The translations under genes and the position numbers were made by a program. A stretch of 64,000 bases of DNA from Candidatus Ozemobacteraceae bacterium. Lineage in GTDB: Bacteria; Muiribacteriota; Ozemobacteria; Ozemobacterales; Ozemobacteraceae. A model generated the notes under the pieces. That model ran no database searches. It saw only the letters and a list, made by a program, of their open reading frames with translations, and was not told the origin of the DNA. Shown here piece by piece: positions 18,444-28,588 of the stretch. The DNA is taken from NCBI GenBank assembly GCA_965140445.1, contig OZ223236.1:2016001-2080000 (forward strand), given 5' to 3'. How positions within the stretch are numbered: position 1 is the stretch's first letter; each line of letters starts with the position of its first letter.

Positions 18444-21146
18444 TTAATTTACTGGCATTTCTCCAGGTTTAACTATGTATCTGATAAACTTCCCGCGTAC
18501 TTGGCCTGCCTGATAAGTTCCAAGATCGCCCTGGTCTCCAGATTGGACATTTACACCATCTCGCGTGTATTCACTAGGGTCAAGTATTTCAAACTCTGCG
18601 AATCCAATGATTCTTACTGAAGCTCCGAAACCGTATAACGCTGGATCATAAATTCCTTTTGGATGGTCGGTTCCTTGAAGATCGTAAATCGTTGTAGCAT
18701 CTTCGTTCTTTTTATTATTTGTTGGCACTTCAGGTGCAACATCAGTAATAGGGATGATAACCTTTCTGCTTGGTGGATAGGTATCATCACCATTTACTTT
18801 AAAGTCTACCGCTTGATCTGTAGGACCAACCATATTTCCTGATTCAGGAATGATTCTGTCGCTTAGCTGGAGAGGACTGGTGAAACCAAATTTAAATCGG
18901 TCGCGATAATCATTGGCACCGCCGCCTACAGTATTATCTGGATCAATTGGCCCATAATTTGACTTGGTTTTTCCCACAACGGAGTCAACTGGAGTTCCGC
19001 CGCCGCCTGTAACTTCTTTTTCGACAAGTGATCCTAAAAGAATGTTATTTAAAACCAGGCGTCTTGTGTAGGTATTGTTGTGATAATGACCACCAAGGAA
19101 GGTGAAATCGCCATCTCCAACTTTTCCTTTGATATACTTAACCCATGATCCGCCCGTTCCACTTTGGTTGCCTAAAATTTCTGTAGTAGATTTTAACTTG
19201 CCTTTGAGAAAAGAAGCCGTATGTCCTTGCCCTGTATCACAACAGTAGCCAGTTCCGTGATTCTGGCATCTTGGGTCAAGAGGCAAAAGAAGATCGAACT
19301 TTCCGCTACCCTCTCGTGAGTTAATTGTAGAATACCAGGCACGACCTTCTTTCCTTGGGAAAATTTTGTAATTGAAATTTTCAAAGGCAACACAGTTACT
19401 ATATGCGTTTTCAGGTTTTATGCCCATGTAAATTGCTGATTGCCAAAGAGATATGTCAAATGTTTCAGGGGCAAAACATTGAGCAAAAAGAAACCCGCCT
19501 TGGTTTACGTGTTCTTTAATTGCGGCAACAAGATCCCATTTCATTTTTTGAACGTCTGTAGCCTTATCAAACCATCCGGGGTAATTATCTGGTAAAGGAT
19601 AAGATCCATCCGAATATACTGCGTAGTGAGGTTTGGGCTCCGAATTTGCATCGCTGGTGTATGATCTGTTTTGTGCAATTGCCTTAAGATCATTGTATTG
19701 CCAGCATTGAGGATAACTAGTATCGCCCTTGTTACAAATATAAACACTTGAATCGTCTCTCCAGAGTTTTCCCTGGTAAGAAGCCTTTTCTGCGCAACGC
19801 CTTCTTGTGTTTTGACAGTTGGTTACATTAACCCCTGAGGTTGGATAATAGTTGCTCCATTTTCCCGTGCTGTAATTAAATTTGCCCCTACAGTAGGAAC
19901 ACATTTTTTCTTTGCAGGCTTTTCTTTTGCTGGAACTACTGGTTGACCCAAGCCAGCCTTTGTCATAAAAGTCTTTACAATCATAAAACCAATAACTACA
20001 ACCGCCATTGAACCCTGTGAAGTCTTCGTGATGAAGATGGAGCCAGTGGTATTTATCCAGATCGCCAGCAAGAATTTCGTTGTCCCAGACATGGGTAGAG
20101 TTTTTTGTGGAATAAGCAGACTTTCTATCCCATCCATTTTTGTCCACCGAAGGAGGAAGACTATAGGTTCCGTAAGGAATTTTTCCTGCTTTTAAAACAA
20201 CTTCAACAGGATCATCGCCCTCCTGCGATGAATAAACTGCAATTCTTGGGCGGTTGTAGAGCTCAAGAATATTGGGATTAACCTGATCATAGATAGCCTG
20301 AACATTTTCTGAACCTGTTATAACAGTGTAGTTTACGTTGTAATCGTTCAGAATTCCCATTACATCTTTTTCATAAGGCAACATGAAAGAGCCGCCTCTA
20401 TATCCTAACAACCATTGAACAGGAACAAATCCCGGGTCTGCTTCATCGATTTTTAAGCACCAGAAAGCCGCCCCGTAAGCTCTTAAATAGCCGTCAGAAC
20501 TCTGGGACCCATTGTCCATTGGTACAAGAATCGCTTTATATTCGGGATCATTTGGTGGTAGTGATGTATTTCCACCTCCAGAGCCCAATTTGATAATATA
20601 CTCAGTATCGGTGGCAAATCCGCCATTAGGATCAAAGAAATCACAGGAGTAGGTGCTTTTTGAAAGGTCTTTAACTACTCCATGAGGTATGGCCAAAGGA
20701 ATAACAGTTGTGTTTAGATCTTCAGCATGATTCGCTCTGGAGGCCGCAACATCAACTGAATTAAAATCCATTACCCTGGCAAAAAATAGTCCAACAGGTT
20801 GACTGGATATAATTTCTATTTGATTGGTCAAGCCAAAGTTTATCGTCACACCAGACAGCTCATCATCTGTATAGCCGTTGGCTTTCATGACTTCTTTTAC
20901 ATGATTTCTAATTTCGTTGTAATCTTTAGGATCAAGCTCTGGCGATGCGTTTTTTTTCTGCATCAGCTTGTCAAATCCTGCCTTCCAACCAGCGTTAACA
21001 GCTGTTTGTAAACGCGCTTGATTATAATAAACGTGACCGACGTCAGTTACTAAAGCTGTCATACTGACCAGAAAAACTGCTGCTAGAGCAGTCATGACTA
21101 GCACGCTACCTTTTCTGGAAAAAAACTTTTCTAGTCTTGGTGTCAT
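18444..21146 (-). CDS. tadG: TadG-like minor pilin with a large inserted domain
   Basis: RKG^SVLV prepilin, DVGHVY and RLQTAVNAG Tad motifs, TadG-type C-terminus (GGGANDYR, SGNMVGPT, IIGFAEF); 900 aa. Confidence 0.8.
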   Translation of the reverse strand: MTPRLEKFFSRKGSVLVMTALAAVFLVSMTALVTDVGHVYYNQARLQTAVNAGWKAGFDKLMQKKNASPELDPKDYNEIRNHVKEVMKANGYTDDELSGVTINFGLTNQIEIISSQPVGLFFARVMDFNSVDVAASRANHAEDLNTTVIPLAIPHGVVKDLSKSTYSCDFFDPNGGFATDTEYIIKLGSGGGNTSLPPNDPEYKAILVPMDNGSQSSDGYLRAYGAAFWCLKIDEADPGFVPVQWLLGYRGGSFMLPYEKDVMGILNDYNVNYTVITGSENVQAIYDQVNPNILELYNRPRIAVYSSQEGDDPVEVVLKAGKIPYGTYSLPPSVDKNGWDRKSAYSTKNSTHVWDNEILAGDLDKYHWLHLHHEDFTGFNGGCSYWFYDCKDFYDKGWLGSTSSSSKRKACKEKMCSYCRGKFNYSTGKWSNYYPTSGVNVTNCQNTRRRCAEKASYQGKLWRDDSSVYICNKGDTSYPQCWQYNDLKAIAQNRSYTSDANSEPKPHYAVYSDGSYPLPDNYPGWFDKATDVQKMKWDLVAAIKEHVNQGGFLFAQCFAPETFDISLWQSAIYMGIKPENAYSNCVAFENFNYKIFPRKEGRAWYSTINSREGSGKFDLLLPLDPRCQNHGTGYCCDTGQGHTASFLKGKLKSTTEILGNQSGTGGSWVKYIKGKVGDGDFTFLGGHYHNNTYTRRLVLNNILLGSLVEKEVTGGGGTPVDSVVGKTKSNYGPIDPDNTVGGGANDYRDRFKFGFTSPLQLSDRIIPESGNMVGPTDQAVDFKVNGDDTYPPSRKVIIPITDVAPEVPTNNKKNEDATTIYDLQGTDHPKGIYDPALYGFGASVRIIGFAEFEILDPSEYTRDGVNVQSGDQGDLGTYQAGQVRGKFIRYIVKPGEMPVN

Positions 21147-21174
21147 GGGTTTTCCTCCTCAGGGCCCTATATAT

Positions 21175-21621
21175 CTATTCTTTGGCTTCTTCAGCCTGGG
21201 CGTTAATAGTTATAGCTCCACTATTGTTTTCCCCACCAATTAGCGCCCCCATTACAGGAGTAAAAAGCTCAAGATCAAACGAAGCAGAGACTGCAACCGT
21301 TCTGTTGGAAGTCCCAACTCCTGAAAAAACAACATTTTTATAATTGGCTTCTGGCATCATTGGGGATCTGAAATTCCAGAAAGCAGCTTGTGTATCAGCC
21401 AGGGAAGCGTGAGTGGTTGAGGTATAAGCGTTTCTGGCTATCGTAGGGTGAATTCTTTTGCTGGCTGTTCTGGCTGCTCTAACACATTGGTATTTCAGGT
21501 TTGAAAAGACGTGAAGAGCACGTCCAAAATCAATAATGCCAATTATTAAAAAGAGAAAAATTGGCAACACTAATGCCATTTCAACAATTGCTTGTCCTTT
21601 TTTTCTTTGGCGTATTTGCAT
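21175..21621 (-). CDS. tadE: TadE-like minor pilin
   Basis: KKG^QAIVEMALVLP followed by IIDFG. Confidence 0.9.
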   Translation of the reverse strand: MQIRQRKKGQAIVEMALVLPIFLFLIIGIIDFGRALHVFSNLKYQCVRAARTASKRIHPTIARNAYTSTTHASLADTQAAFWNFRSPMMPEANYKNVVFSGVGTSNRTVAVSASFDLELFTPVMGALIGGENNSGAITINAQAEEAKE

Positions 21622-21631
21622 TTATTTCTCC

Positions 21632-22087
21632 CTAACGTGTAGCTACAAATTCTGGAATTTTATACGAAGCATACGCGGAAAGTCTTATTGTAGGATTTCC
21701 TGTAGCTGCCTGAAACATGGTTTGATAAAAAGGTGTGTAGGTCGGAGACTCATACGAAAGAAGAACTCGAATAAATTTCCCGCCTGTAGCAAGATTATTT
21801 ACACTCGGAGGGTGGACAGTGAAAGTACCCGTCCACCAGGCAGGTTTCTTGGAATTAGCAAATTGACTTATTTCACTGCTACCTACTATTCCGGTTGTTC
21901 CATTTCCTTCTGCTGCCCATTGGGAAGTATCATTTGCTATTTGTTGAAGTGACAAAAAATTATAAAAGGCAAAACCAAAGTCAATGATTCCACCAACAAT
22001 TACCAGCAAAAAGAATGGAAAAACCAGTGCCATTTCAACAATGGCCTGACCTTTTTTCTTTCTTCTTCTTATTTTTGCAAAAAGCAT
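21632..22087 (-). CDS. tadE: TadE-like minor pilin
   Basis: KKG^QAIVEMALVFP followed by IIDFG. Confidence 0.9.
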   Translation of the reverse strand: MLFAKIRRRKKKGQAIVEMALVFPFFLLVIVGGIIDFGFAFYNFLSLQQIANDTSQWAAEGNGTTGIVGSSEISQFANSKKPAWWTGTFTVHPPSVNNLATGGKFIRVLLSYESPTYTPFYQTMFQAATGNPTIRLSAYASYKIPEFVATR

Positions 22088-22113
22088 AAGAATGCCCTCC
22101 TCTAAAGGTATGC

Positions 22114-22129
22114 AGCAAAAAGCATACCA
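22114..22129 (-). promoter_or_regulatory. sigma54 -24/-12 promoter candidate
   Basis: TGGTATG-CTTT-TTGCT matches TGGYAYR-N4-TTGCW, just upstream of the tadE RBS. Confidence 0.65.
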
Positions 22130-22272
22130 ATAATATGCCCACTACTATTAATCTACTCTAAGTATACTCTAATGCAAATTCATAATCAACAAATTGCAGA
22201 TTAATGTCTACGGTTTAGTAATTATTTTGAGGTAAAATATACCCATGTTGCGGTAAAAATTCCCTGAAAATG

Positions 22273-22298
22273 AAAAAGCCCCTGCATTTTGCAGGGGC
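22273..22298 (-). terminator. Intrinsic terminator ending the Tad machinery operon
   Basis: GCCCCTGCA/TGCAGGGGC stem with a T tract on the minus strand. Confidence 0.75.
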
Positions 22299-22314
22299 CT
22301 AATTCTTTAGTGAA

Positions 22315-23523
22315 TTATTCTAATGGAACAAGGAAATCTATTGTTGTGGTTTGATTTTCTTTAACTTGATAACCATTACCAAAAATATATGGTATCTGTA
22401 TTGTTCTCGATGCAAAAGGAACGCTTGCTGGACCATACCAGGGAAGATTCTGATTTGAATAAGCAGAAACATTGCCGCTGTTTGATTGGTTTACTACAGC
22501 CGAAGTTCCTGTGGCAACCGCTAACCAAAGAAAGCCATTATCTGAGTTTGGTGGTAGATTATCAACTCTCCATGTTCCATCTGCTTTGGTGCTGACAGTT
22601 CTGTTGATTACTGTGATCTTATCTGGATCTACAGTCCAGAGCTCAAACTGGAAGTTGGGGTAAGGGATTTCAACCGATTTGTTACCGGGTTGATATTTTG
22701 TTACTGTACCGAACAAGGTTCCGCTTGGATGTAAATTTGGATTAACTGTGAAGTCTTTTCCATAAATTACAAAATCAATTCTACGTGGCTCAGTTGCTAC
22801 ATTTGGATTGTAGACAGTTCCGTCAAGCTGAATCGAATTAGCATTTGGAGCAGTTACCCCTATAACATCGAAAGAAACAGTAAAAGAAGCTGTACCTGGC
22901 TGAGAAACAGAGATTCGGCGAGTTCCTGAAGCAAGGTTGCTTAGAGAAAATATCCCAAATCTATTTGTAACAGTTGTCTGTCCAGAATCTGCAGAAACCT
23001 GAGCAACACTTAAAGGATTTTTACTTAATGGATCTAAAATTCTTGCCCTGATATCAATTGTCGGGAATTTGGTATCTGCATTATTTTTTTTGAAAATAGC
23101 GAAGTCGCCAGTATCTATTGTGGAATCGGTGGTATTTACAACAGCCAGCTTAGAGCTTTCAAGATACTGGGTTGACTCCTGAACTCTGAGTACAAAAGTT
23201 CCTGTGGAAAGATTTTGAAAGGTAAATTGTCCTGAAGTTTGGGTTGTGAAGGATTTTCCTGGGGTAACAATAGCTCCGGTTTCAACATTCATAGTTAAAA
23301 GTTCCACAACTATTCCACCTATAGCAGTCTGACCTTCAGCAAGAACTCTACCCTGTATACTCGCCGAACCAGAAGTTAGAGTCTGAGATACTGTGCCATC
23401 TGAAATTACAGTGGCACCACTTGGATTATTACCGCCACCGCAACCGATTAGCGTTACTGCAATCATAAAACAGCAGCATAATCCGGCAAGGACGTAACTT
23501 GTCAACCTAACAGGCTTATTCAT
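22315..23523 (-). CDS. Lipoprotein with carboxypeptidase-regulatory-like (beta-sandwich) domains
   Basis: Lipobox LIG^C; repeated TTxxxGxFxFxNLxxG motifs. Confidence 0.75.
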   Translation of the reverse strand: MNKPVRLTSYVLAGLCCCFMIAVTLIGCGGGNNPSGATVISDGTVSQTLTSGSASIQGRVLAEGQTAIGGIVVELLTMNVETGAIVTPGKSFTTQTSGQFTFQNLSTGTFVLRVQESTQYLESSKLAVVNTTDSTIDTGDFAIFKKNNADTKFPTIDIRARILDPLSKNPLSVAQVSADSGQTTVTNRFGIFSLSNLASGTRRISVSQPGTASFTVSFDVIGVTAPNANSIQLDGTVYNPNVATEPRRIDFVIYGKDFTVNPNLHPSGTLFGTVTKYQPGNKSVEIPYPNFQFELWTVDPDKITVINRTVSTKADGTWRVDNLPPNSDNGFLWLAVATGTSAVVNQSNSGNVSAYSNQNLPWYGPASVPFASRTIQIPYIFGNGYQVKENQTTTIDFLVPLE

Positions 23524-23555
23524 ATTAACAACTCCTCCAGGGAACTTTTTTTACA

Positions 23556-23924
23556 TTAATTTGTTGGTTCAAATGATAATTGATCGTTTACAACCAGGGA
23601 CTTTGTATCAATGATACCAGAAGTTAATTCTAGCACCATCGAAGCATTACTGTGGATTTTGGTAATACCAAACCACGGAGAGAGATTTTTATAAAGAGCA
23701 ACTATTCTTTTTTCGGCGTCCAGAAAAATTGCGTCAATTGGAAATCTCATGAACATCATATGGATAGAATTACAAGGCGAAATAAGAAGGCCTTCATCAA
23801 TCTTTAGTTCTGACTTGAACATAAGACCCTGAAGTCTTTTCAAAAAAGAATCTGCAACACTAACTTTTGCTGCAACAAGTTCTTTTTCTGAGCCGATTTT
23901 ATACACCTGTAACGTTTCCTTCAT
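23556..23924 (-). CDS. DUF192 family protein
   Basis: ADSFLKRLQGLM, SIHMMFMRFPIDAIFLD, VLEL. Confidence 0.88.
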   Translation of the reverse strand: MKETLQVYKIGSEKELVAAKVSVADSFLKRLQGLMFKSELKIDEGLLISPCNSIHMMFMRFPIDAIFLDAEKRIVALYKNLSPWFGITKIHSNASMVLELTSGIIDTKSLVVNDQLSFEPTN

Positions 23925-23926
23925 AA

Positions 23927-24862
23927 TTAAGCAAGATTAGTTTTATTTAATTCTTCAATAATCTGAAACAACGCTGGACATCCAATTACGATTCCAACGT
24001 TAGGGAAGATAAAGAAAACGAGCGGAATCATCATTTTAACAGGAGCTTTCGCTGCTTCTTCCTCTGCTCTTTGTCTTCTTTTATCACGTAGCTGTTCTGA
24101 TTGAATTCTCAAAACCTGACCAATGGAAACACCTAACTGATCTGCTTGAATAATGGCTGAAACAAATGCTGAAAGATCAGGGTGATCGATTCGTTCAGCC
24201 ATAGATTTAAAAGCATCTCTACGAGCTTGCCCCATACGCATCTGGCGTAGAGTTAAACTGAATTCTTCAGGAATAGGGCCGCCCATTTTTTCAACAACCT
24301 TGTCACAGGCCGCATCAAAGCCTAATCCTGCTTCAACAGCAACAGTAAGCAAGTCCAGAACATCTGGAAGCTGCTTTTGAATTCCATGAAGCCTATTGGC
24401 GATTCTTCGCTGCAGGAACATTCTTGGACCAAGAATTCCAAGCCCTAAGCCGACTACTCCGAACAGAAGAGTCATTTTTGGGTTGGTAACAATTGCAACT
24501 GCCGCCATTCCAACCGGGCATACTACTCTGATAAGATTTTGAATGACCACGAACTCGCCAACTGTTAAACCGCCGGGATGTCCTGCCTGGCCAAGTTGCT
24601 TTCTTAGCGAGCTTTTTTGTGCTTTTTTCATGTCCTTCGGGTCTTTTTGCCCAGCAAGACGGGCCAAAAACGGCCTTATAACACGATCAGTAAAAGGTTT
24701 GCTTAGCTCTGCGTCTTTAATCGAAAAGTCCCCACCAATTGGGGCGCCATCGTCAAGAGCTGCTAGGCGATCCTGGATATCATTGCTCGTTCCTGATGGG
24801 AATAAAAGCAAAATGACTAGAAAGACGACAACCGCGCCAACAAGCATAAAGATAATATTCAT
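23927..24862 (-). CDS. tadC: TadC (T2SS F-family) platform protein
   Basis: LPDVLDLLTVAVEAGLGFD and AEEEAAKAPVKMMIPLVFFIFP. Confidence 0.93.
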   Translation of the reverse strand: MNIIFMLVGAVVVFLVILLLFPSGTSNDIQDRLAALDDGAPIGGDFSIKDAELSKPFTDRVIRPFLARLAGQKDPKDMKKAQKSSLRKQLGQAGHPGGLTVGEFVVIQNLIRVVCPVGMAAVAIVTNPKMTLLFGVVGLGLGILGPRMFLQRRIANRLHGIQKQLPDVLDLLTVAVEAGLGFDAACDKVVEKMGGPIPEEFSLTLRQMRMGQARRDAFKSMAERIDHPDLSAFVSAIIQADQLGVSIGQVLRIQSEQLRDKRRQRAEEEAAKAPVKMMIPLVFFIFPNVGIVIGCPALFQIIEELNKTNLA

Positions 24863-24868
24863 TTGCTT

Positions 24869-25927
24869 TTATACCTCAATATCAACAATTTTCATGATAA
24901 TGTACATTCCAATACATTCCCATATTACGCCAAAAACAACAACAAACCAGCCCCTGAATCCACCATGTTTAAATGTGAATAGCTTAGAAATGAATTCTGG
25001 GTTAATCAGATAAATCATAAAGCCAATTCCGATAGGAAGTGAACCTACCAGGGCTCCTGAAACCTTTGCCTGTGCTGTTTTTGTTTGGATGTCACCTTTA
25101 ATTTTCATTCGAGATCGAATGGTATGGCTTATTTTATCTAGAATCTCAGCCAGATTTCCTCCGACCTGTCTTTGAATGAGAACAACCGTGGTAACAAGAT
25201 CCCAATCTTCACTTTCCACTCGCTGATTTAAACCAATAAGACAATCTTCAAGATTCATTCCCAAGCTGTTTTCTTTTAGAACTCTTTTCAGTTCAGAAGC
25301 CATTGGGGGAAGTGATTCTCTTGATACCATCTCCATTGCCTGGAGAAATGAATAGCCGGCTTTTAAACCATTGGCCAACATTACAAGAGTATCCAGAATC
25401 TGTTCGTTAAATTCCCTGATTCTTCTGGCTTTTGCCATGTTAATCCAGAAATTGGGGACAAAGTAACCAACCACTGCCAGGCCTATACCAACAGCAACAC
25501 TTTTGAAAATAAACATTCCCAGGCTCAAAGCTACCATTACCATCAAGAATTGAATGGCAACAAACTCATTTGCCTTTAGTGGGATATCAGCTTTTGCAAG
25601 CTGATCTGCAATTCTCATCGCCATGCCTTTAGGGGTAATGATTGACCCAACGTTGGAAAGAATTTTCTTTACACCGCTTTGCCCTTTTTCGCCCCTGGCA
25701 TCTCTTACCCAGTCGTCTTCGGTATCGCCCTCAGAAAATTCATCTGCTTCGTAATTCCCTTCATCGGGGTCTACATATTCTTGAGCAGCCATTTCTGTTT
25801 CAACCAGATATTGCTCCATGCGTTGCCGAACCTCTTCTCCTGGTGGTTTCATCAGAAGCGAGGCTACAAGCAGCACTAGAAATAGTGTTGCGACGCCTGC
25901 AAAGATTACAAAAATTAATTGAAGCAA
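24869..25927 (-). CDS. tadB: TadB (T2SS F-family) platform protein
   Basis: LKAGYSFLQA, QRQVGGNLAEIL, TAQAKVS. Confidence 0.93.
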   Translation of the reverse strand: MLQLIFVIFAGVATLFLVLLVASLLMKPPGEEVRQRMEQYLVETEMAAQEYVDPDEGNYEADEFSEGDTEDDWVRDARGEKGQSGVKKILSNVGSIITPKGMAMRIADQLAKADIPLKANEFVAIQFLMVMVALSLGMFIFKSVAVGIGLAVVGYFVPNFWINMAKARRIREFNEQILDTLVMLANGLKAGYSFLQAMEMVSRESLPPMASELKRVLKENSLGMNLEDCLIGLNQRVESEDWDLVTTVVLIQRQVGGNLAEILDKISHTIRSRMKIKGDIQTKTAQAKVSGALVGSLPIGIGFMIYLINPEFISKLFTFKHGGFRGWFVVVFGVIWECIGMYIIMKIVDIEV

Positions 25928-25930
25928 AAT

Positions 25931-27301
25931 TTACCACCCTCTCGAAGAATCTGTGAAAACATTTGGCGGAAGTGTGATTCCAGATTCTGCAAATCTTGAT
26001 GCAAATTTAGGTCTAATTCCTGTCGGCTTAAGCCTTCCCTGGATTTTCCCTTTTTCATCAACCCCGGTTTGTTCAAAACGGAAAATATCCTGCATTACAA
26101 TCTTATCACCTTCCATGCCTTGTATTTCCGTTAAATATGTAATTTTTCTCGATCCATCTTTTAGACGTGATTGCTGAATAATCATATGAACTGCAGAGCT
26201 GATCTGCTCACGAATAGCTCTTACTGGCAAATCCATACCAGCCATCAGAACCATTGTTTCAAGACGGGCTAACATATCGCGAGGGGTGTTAGCATGGCCG
26301 GTAGTTAAGGAACCGTCATGACCGGTATTCATAGCCTGGAGCATGTCTAACGCTTCTCCACCACGACACTCTCCAACGATTACTCTTTCTGGACGCATAC
26401 GAAGGGTATTTTTAATTAGTTCTCGCATAGGAACCGCACCCTTGCCTTCAATGTTTGCAGGTCGGGTTTCCAGGCGCACCACATGTGGCTGTCTTAGTTG
26501 AAGTTCTGCCGCATCTTCGCATGTAATAATTCTTTCATCTTCAGGGATAAAGGAGCTTAGAATGTTAAGCGTGGTTGTTTTACCAGAACCAGTACCACCA
26601 GATACAACAATGTTTAATCGAATTTTAATGCATGCTTCGATAAATGTGGCCATATCTTCTGTCAATGTACCAAACTTTACCAGATCCTTAATTCCAAGAG
26701 CCTCTTTTTTGAATTTACGGATAGTAATTGTCGGACCATTTAAAGCCAAAGGCGGAATGATCGCATTAACACGAGAACCATCAGGAAGTCGAGCATCCAC
26801 GTAAGGTACAGACTCATCAATCCTTCTTCCGATTGGGGCAACGATTCTCTCAATAATTCTCATTACATGATCATTATCTTTGAACTTAACATCTGAAAGA
26901 ATAAGTTTTCCGCTTTTTTCATAATAAATCTGGAAAGGCCCGTTAACCATTACTTCCGAAATATCTTCTTCATCAAGAAGCGGTTGTATCGGCCCAAAAC
27001 CAATCATGTCATCCAGTAAATTGGCAGAAAGAGCCTCAATTTCTCTTTGAGTAAGGGTGACATTGGCTTTAGGGCCTTCCTCACCAACCACCTGCAATAT
27101 CTTTTCTCTAAGCATATTGCGCTTTTTATCCATATTTGGCTCTGCCATAATGGCAGCCGGCATATCGTCAATAAGTTTTGTATGAACTTTTTCCTTTAAA
27201 CGTTCAAAACCATTAATCTCACGCGTTGAAGACGTTTCCAAAACGCTGGATTTTTCACTGCCCTTTTTCTCTTCATTTAATCTTGAAAGAAGACCGCCCA
27301 T
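25931..27301 (-). CDS. cpaF: CpaF/TadA pilus assembly ATPase
   Basis: [32 protein letters not shown]. Confidence 0.96.
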   Translation of the reverse strand: MGGLLSRLNEEKKGSEKSSVLETSSTREINGFERLKEKVHTKLIDDMPAAIMAEPNMDKKRNMLREKILQVVGEEGPKANVTLTQREIEALSANLLDDMIGFGPIQPLLDEEDISEVMVNGPFQIYYEKSGKLILSDVKFKDNDHVMRIIERIVAPIGRRIDESVPYVDARLPDGSRVNAIIPPLALNGPTITIRKFKKEALGIKDLVKFGTLTEDMATFIEACIKIRLNIVVSGGTGSGKTTTLNILSSFIPEDERIITCEDAAELQLRQPHVVRLETRPANIEGKGAVPMRELIKNTLRMRPERVIVGECRGGEALDMLQAMNTGHDGSLTTGHANTPRDMLARLETMVLMAGMDLPVRAIREQISSAVHMIIQQSRLKDGSRKITYLTEIQGMEGDKIVMQDIFRFEQTGVDEKGKIQGRLKPTGIRPKFASRFAESGITLPPNVFTDSSRGW

Positions 27302-27316
27302 ACTAAACCTCCGTTA

Positions 27317-28516
27317 TCATGCGCCAAACAATAAATCTTTAATCTTTAGAATAGCACTCTTGCTTGGCTGCGCATTTTGATCGTTTTTAGGACCTAGAAT
27401 TTTATCTGCAATACCATTTATTGACTGCGCAATAGCTGAATTTGGTGAACCAAGGACAAATGGTTCACCATGATTTAGAGATCTTTGCGCAATTTCTGAT
27501 TCCATTGGGACAGTTGCGAAAACGGGTATGGCTAACCCAGCTTCCAGATCCTGTTTCCCAATGCCAACGTTAGGAATTTCTTTGTTTAAAATAAGCTTTA
27601 TTTTTGAAGTATCAAAGTTTATATCGTTAAAGGTTTTTAAACAGATTTTTGTATTTTTTAAAGAACTAATTTCGAGGGTGGCAACCAAAAAAACCAGGTT
27701 GCTTTTATCTAACACTGCAAGCTCTTTTTCAGTGATGCTTGGTGGGAGATCTAGAATGATGTACTGATAGATTGTAGACATCTGCTCTATGATTGCCCTA
27801 AGGTGGTCGGGTTTTATGGCTTCAGCAAAAGCCGGTTCCTTTGGGGCAAGTAGAAGGTGAAGCCCTGAAGCTTCATGCTTACTTATATTTTTTTCAATTT
27901 CCGGGATGGTAATTTCATCTGCTTCAGAAATATTATAAATGGTTCTTTTTGCTGATTGATTTAAAGTTATTGCCACATCACCAAACTGGAGTGAGGCGTC
28001 AATTAAAAGAACTCTTTTCCCACGTTGGGCAAGATTTATGGATAGGTTAACTGCTAATGTAGTTCTGCCAACCCCACCTTTTGTTGAGAAGAAAGTTAAG
28101 ACTTCAGCCTTAGGCTCATTGACCATAACTTCTGGGCGATCTTTAACCCACCTGTTAAAAACATTGGTAATTGTATCAACAAGATCATTCGTGGAGAAAG
28201 GTTTTACAAGGAAATCTTTCGCTCCAGCTTTCATGGCCCTGCGAAAATATTCTTGCTCACTTTGAATTGACATTATTATTGTCTGGACATTTGGATGTTC
28301 TTTTGCCAGTATTTCGGCGGCTTTAAGTCCGTCAATTACTGGCATGTTTATGTCCATAAGAACAATGTGCGGATGAAGCTCTTTTACTAATTGAACAGTC
28401 TCTTCACCGTTCCTGGCTTCACCCACAATTCTAATATTATCCTGATTGTTGAGCATTCTTCTGACGTTGGAGCGAAGTTCGTCCATGTCATCCGAAATCA
28501 GGACTTTAATCTGCAT
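27317..28516 (-). CDS. cpaE: CpaE/TadZ: receiver domain plus MinD-like ATPase
   Basis: Receiver (ISDD, LMDINMP, KPF) plus KGGVGRTT; likely start ATG 28516 after GAGG. Confidence 0.88.
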   Translation of the reverse strand: MQIKVLISDDMDELRSNVRRMLNNQDNIRIVGEARNGEETVQLVKELHPHIVLMDINMPVIDGLKAAEILAKEHPNVQTIIMSIQSEQEYFRRAMKAGAKDFLVKPFSTNDLVDTITNVFNRWVKDRPEVMVNEPKAEVLTFFSTKGGVGRTTLAVNLSINLAQRGKRVLLIDASLQFGDVAITLNQSAKRTIYNISEADEITIPEIEKNISKHEASGLHLLLAPKEPAFAEAIKPDHLRAIIEQMSTIYQYIILDLPPSITEKELAVLDKSNLVFLVATLEISSLKNTKICLKTFNDINFDTSKIKLILNKEIPNVGIGKQDLEAGLAIPVFATVPMESEIAQRSLNHGEPFVLGSPNSAIAQSINGIADKILGPKNDQNAQPSKSAILKIKDLLFGA

Positions 28517-28588
28517 AGAATTCCTCAGCTGTTTTATTAAATTCGTAAATGAATTTCCATGTGCCTTTGCAGGCACATGGAAACAATG

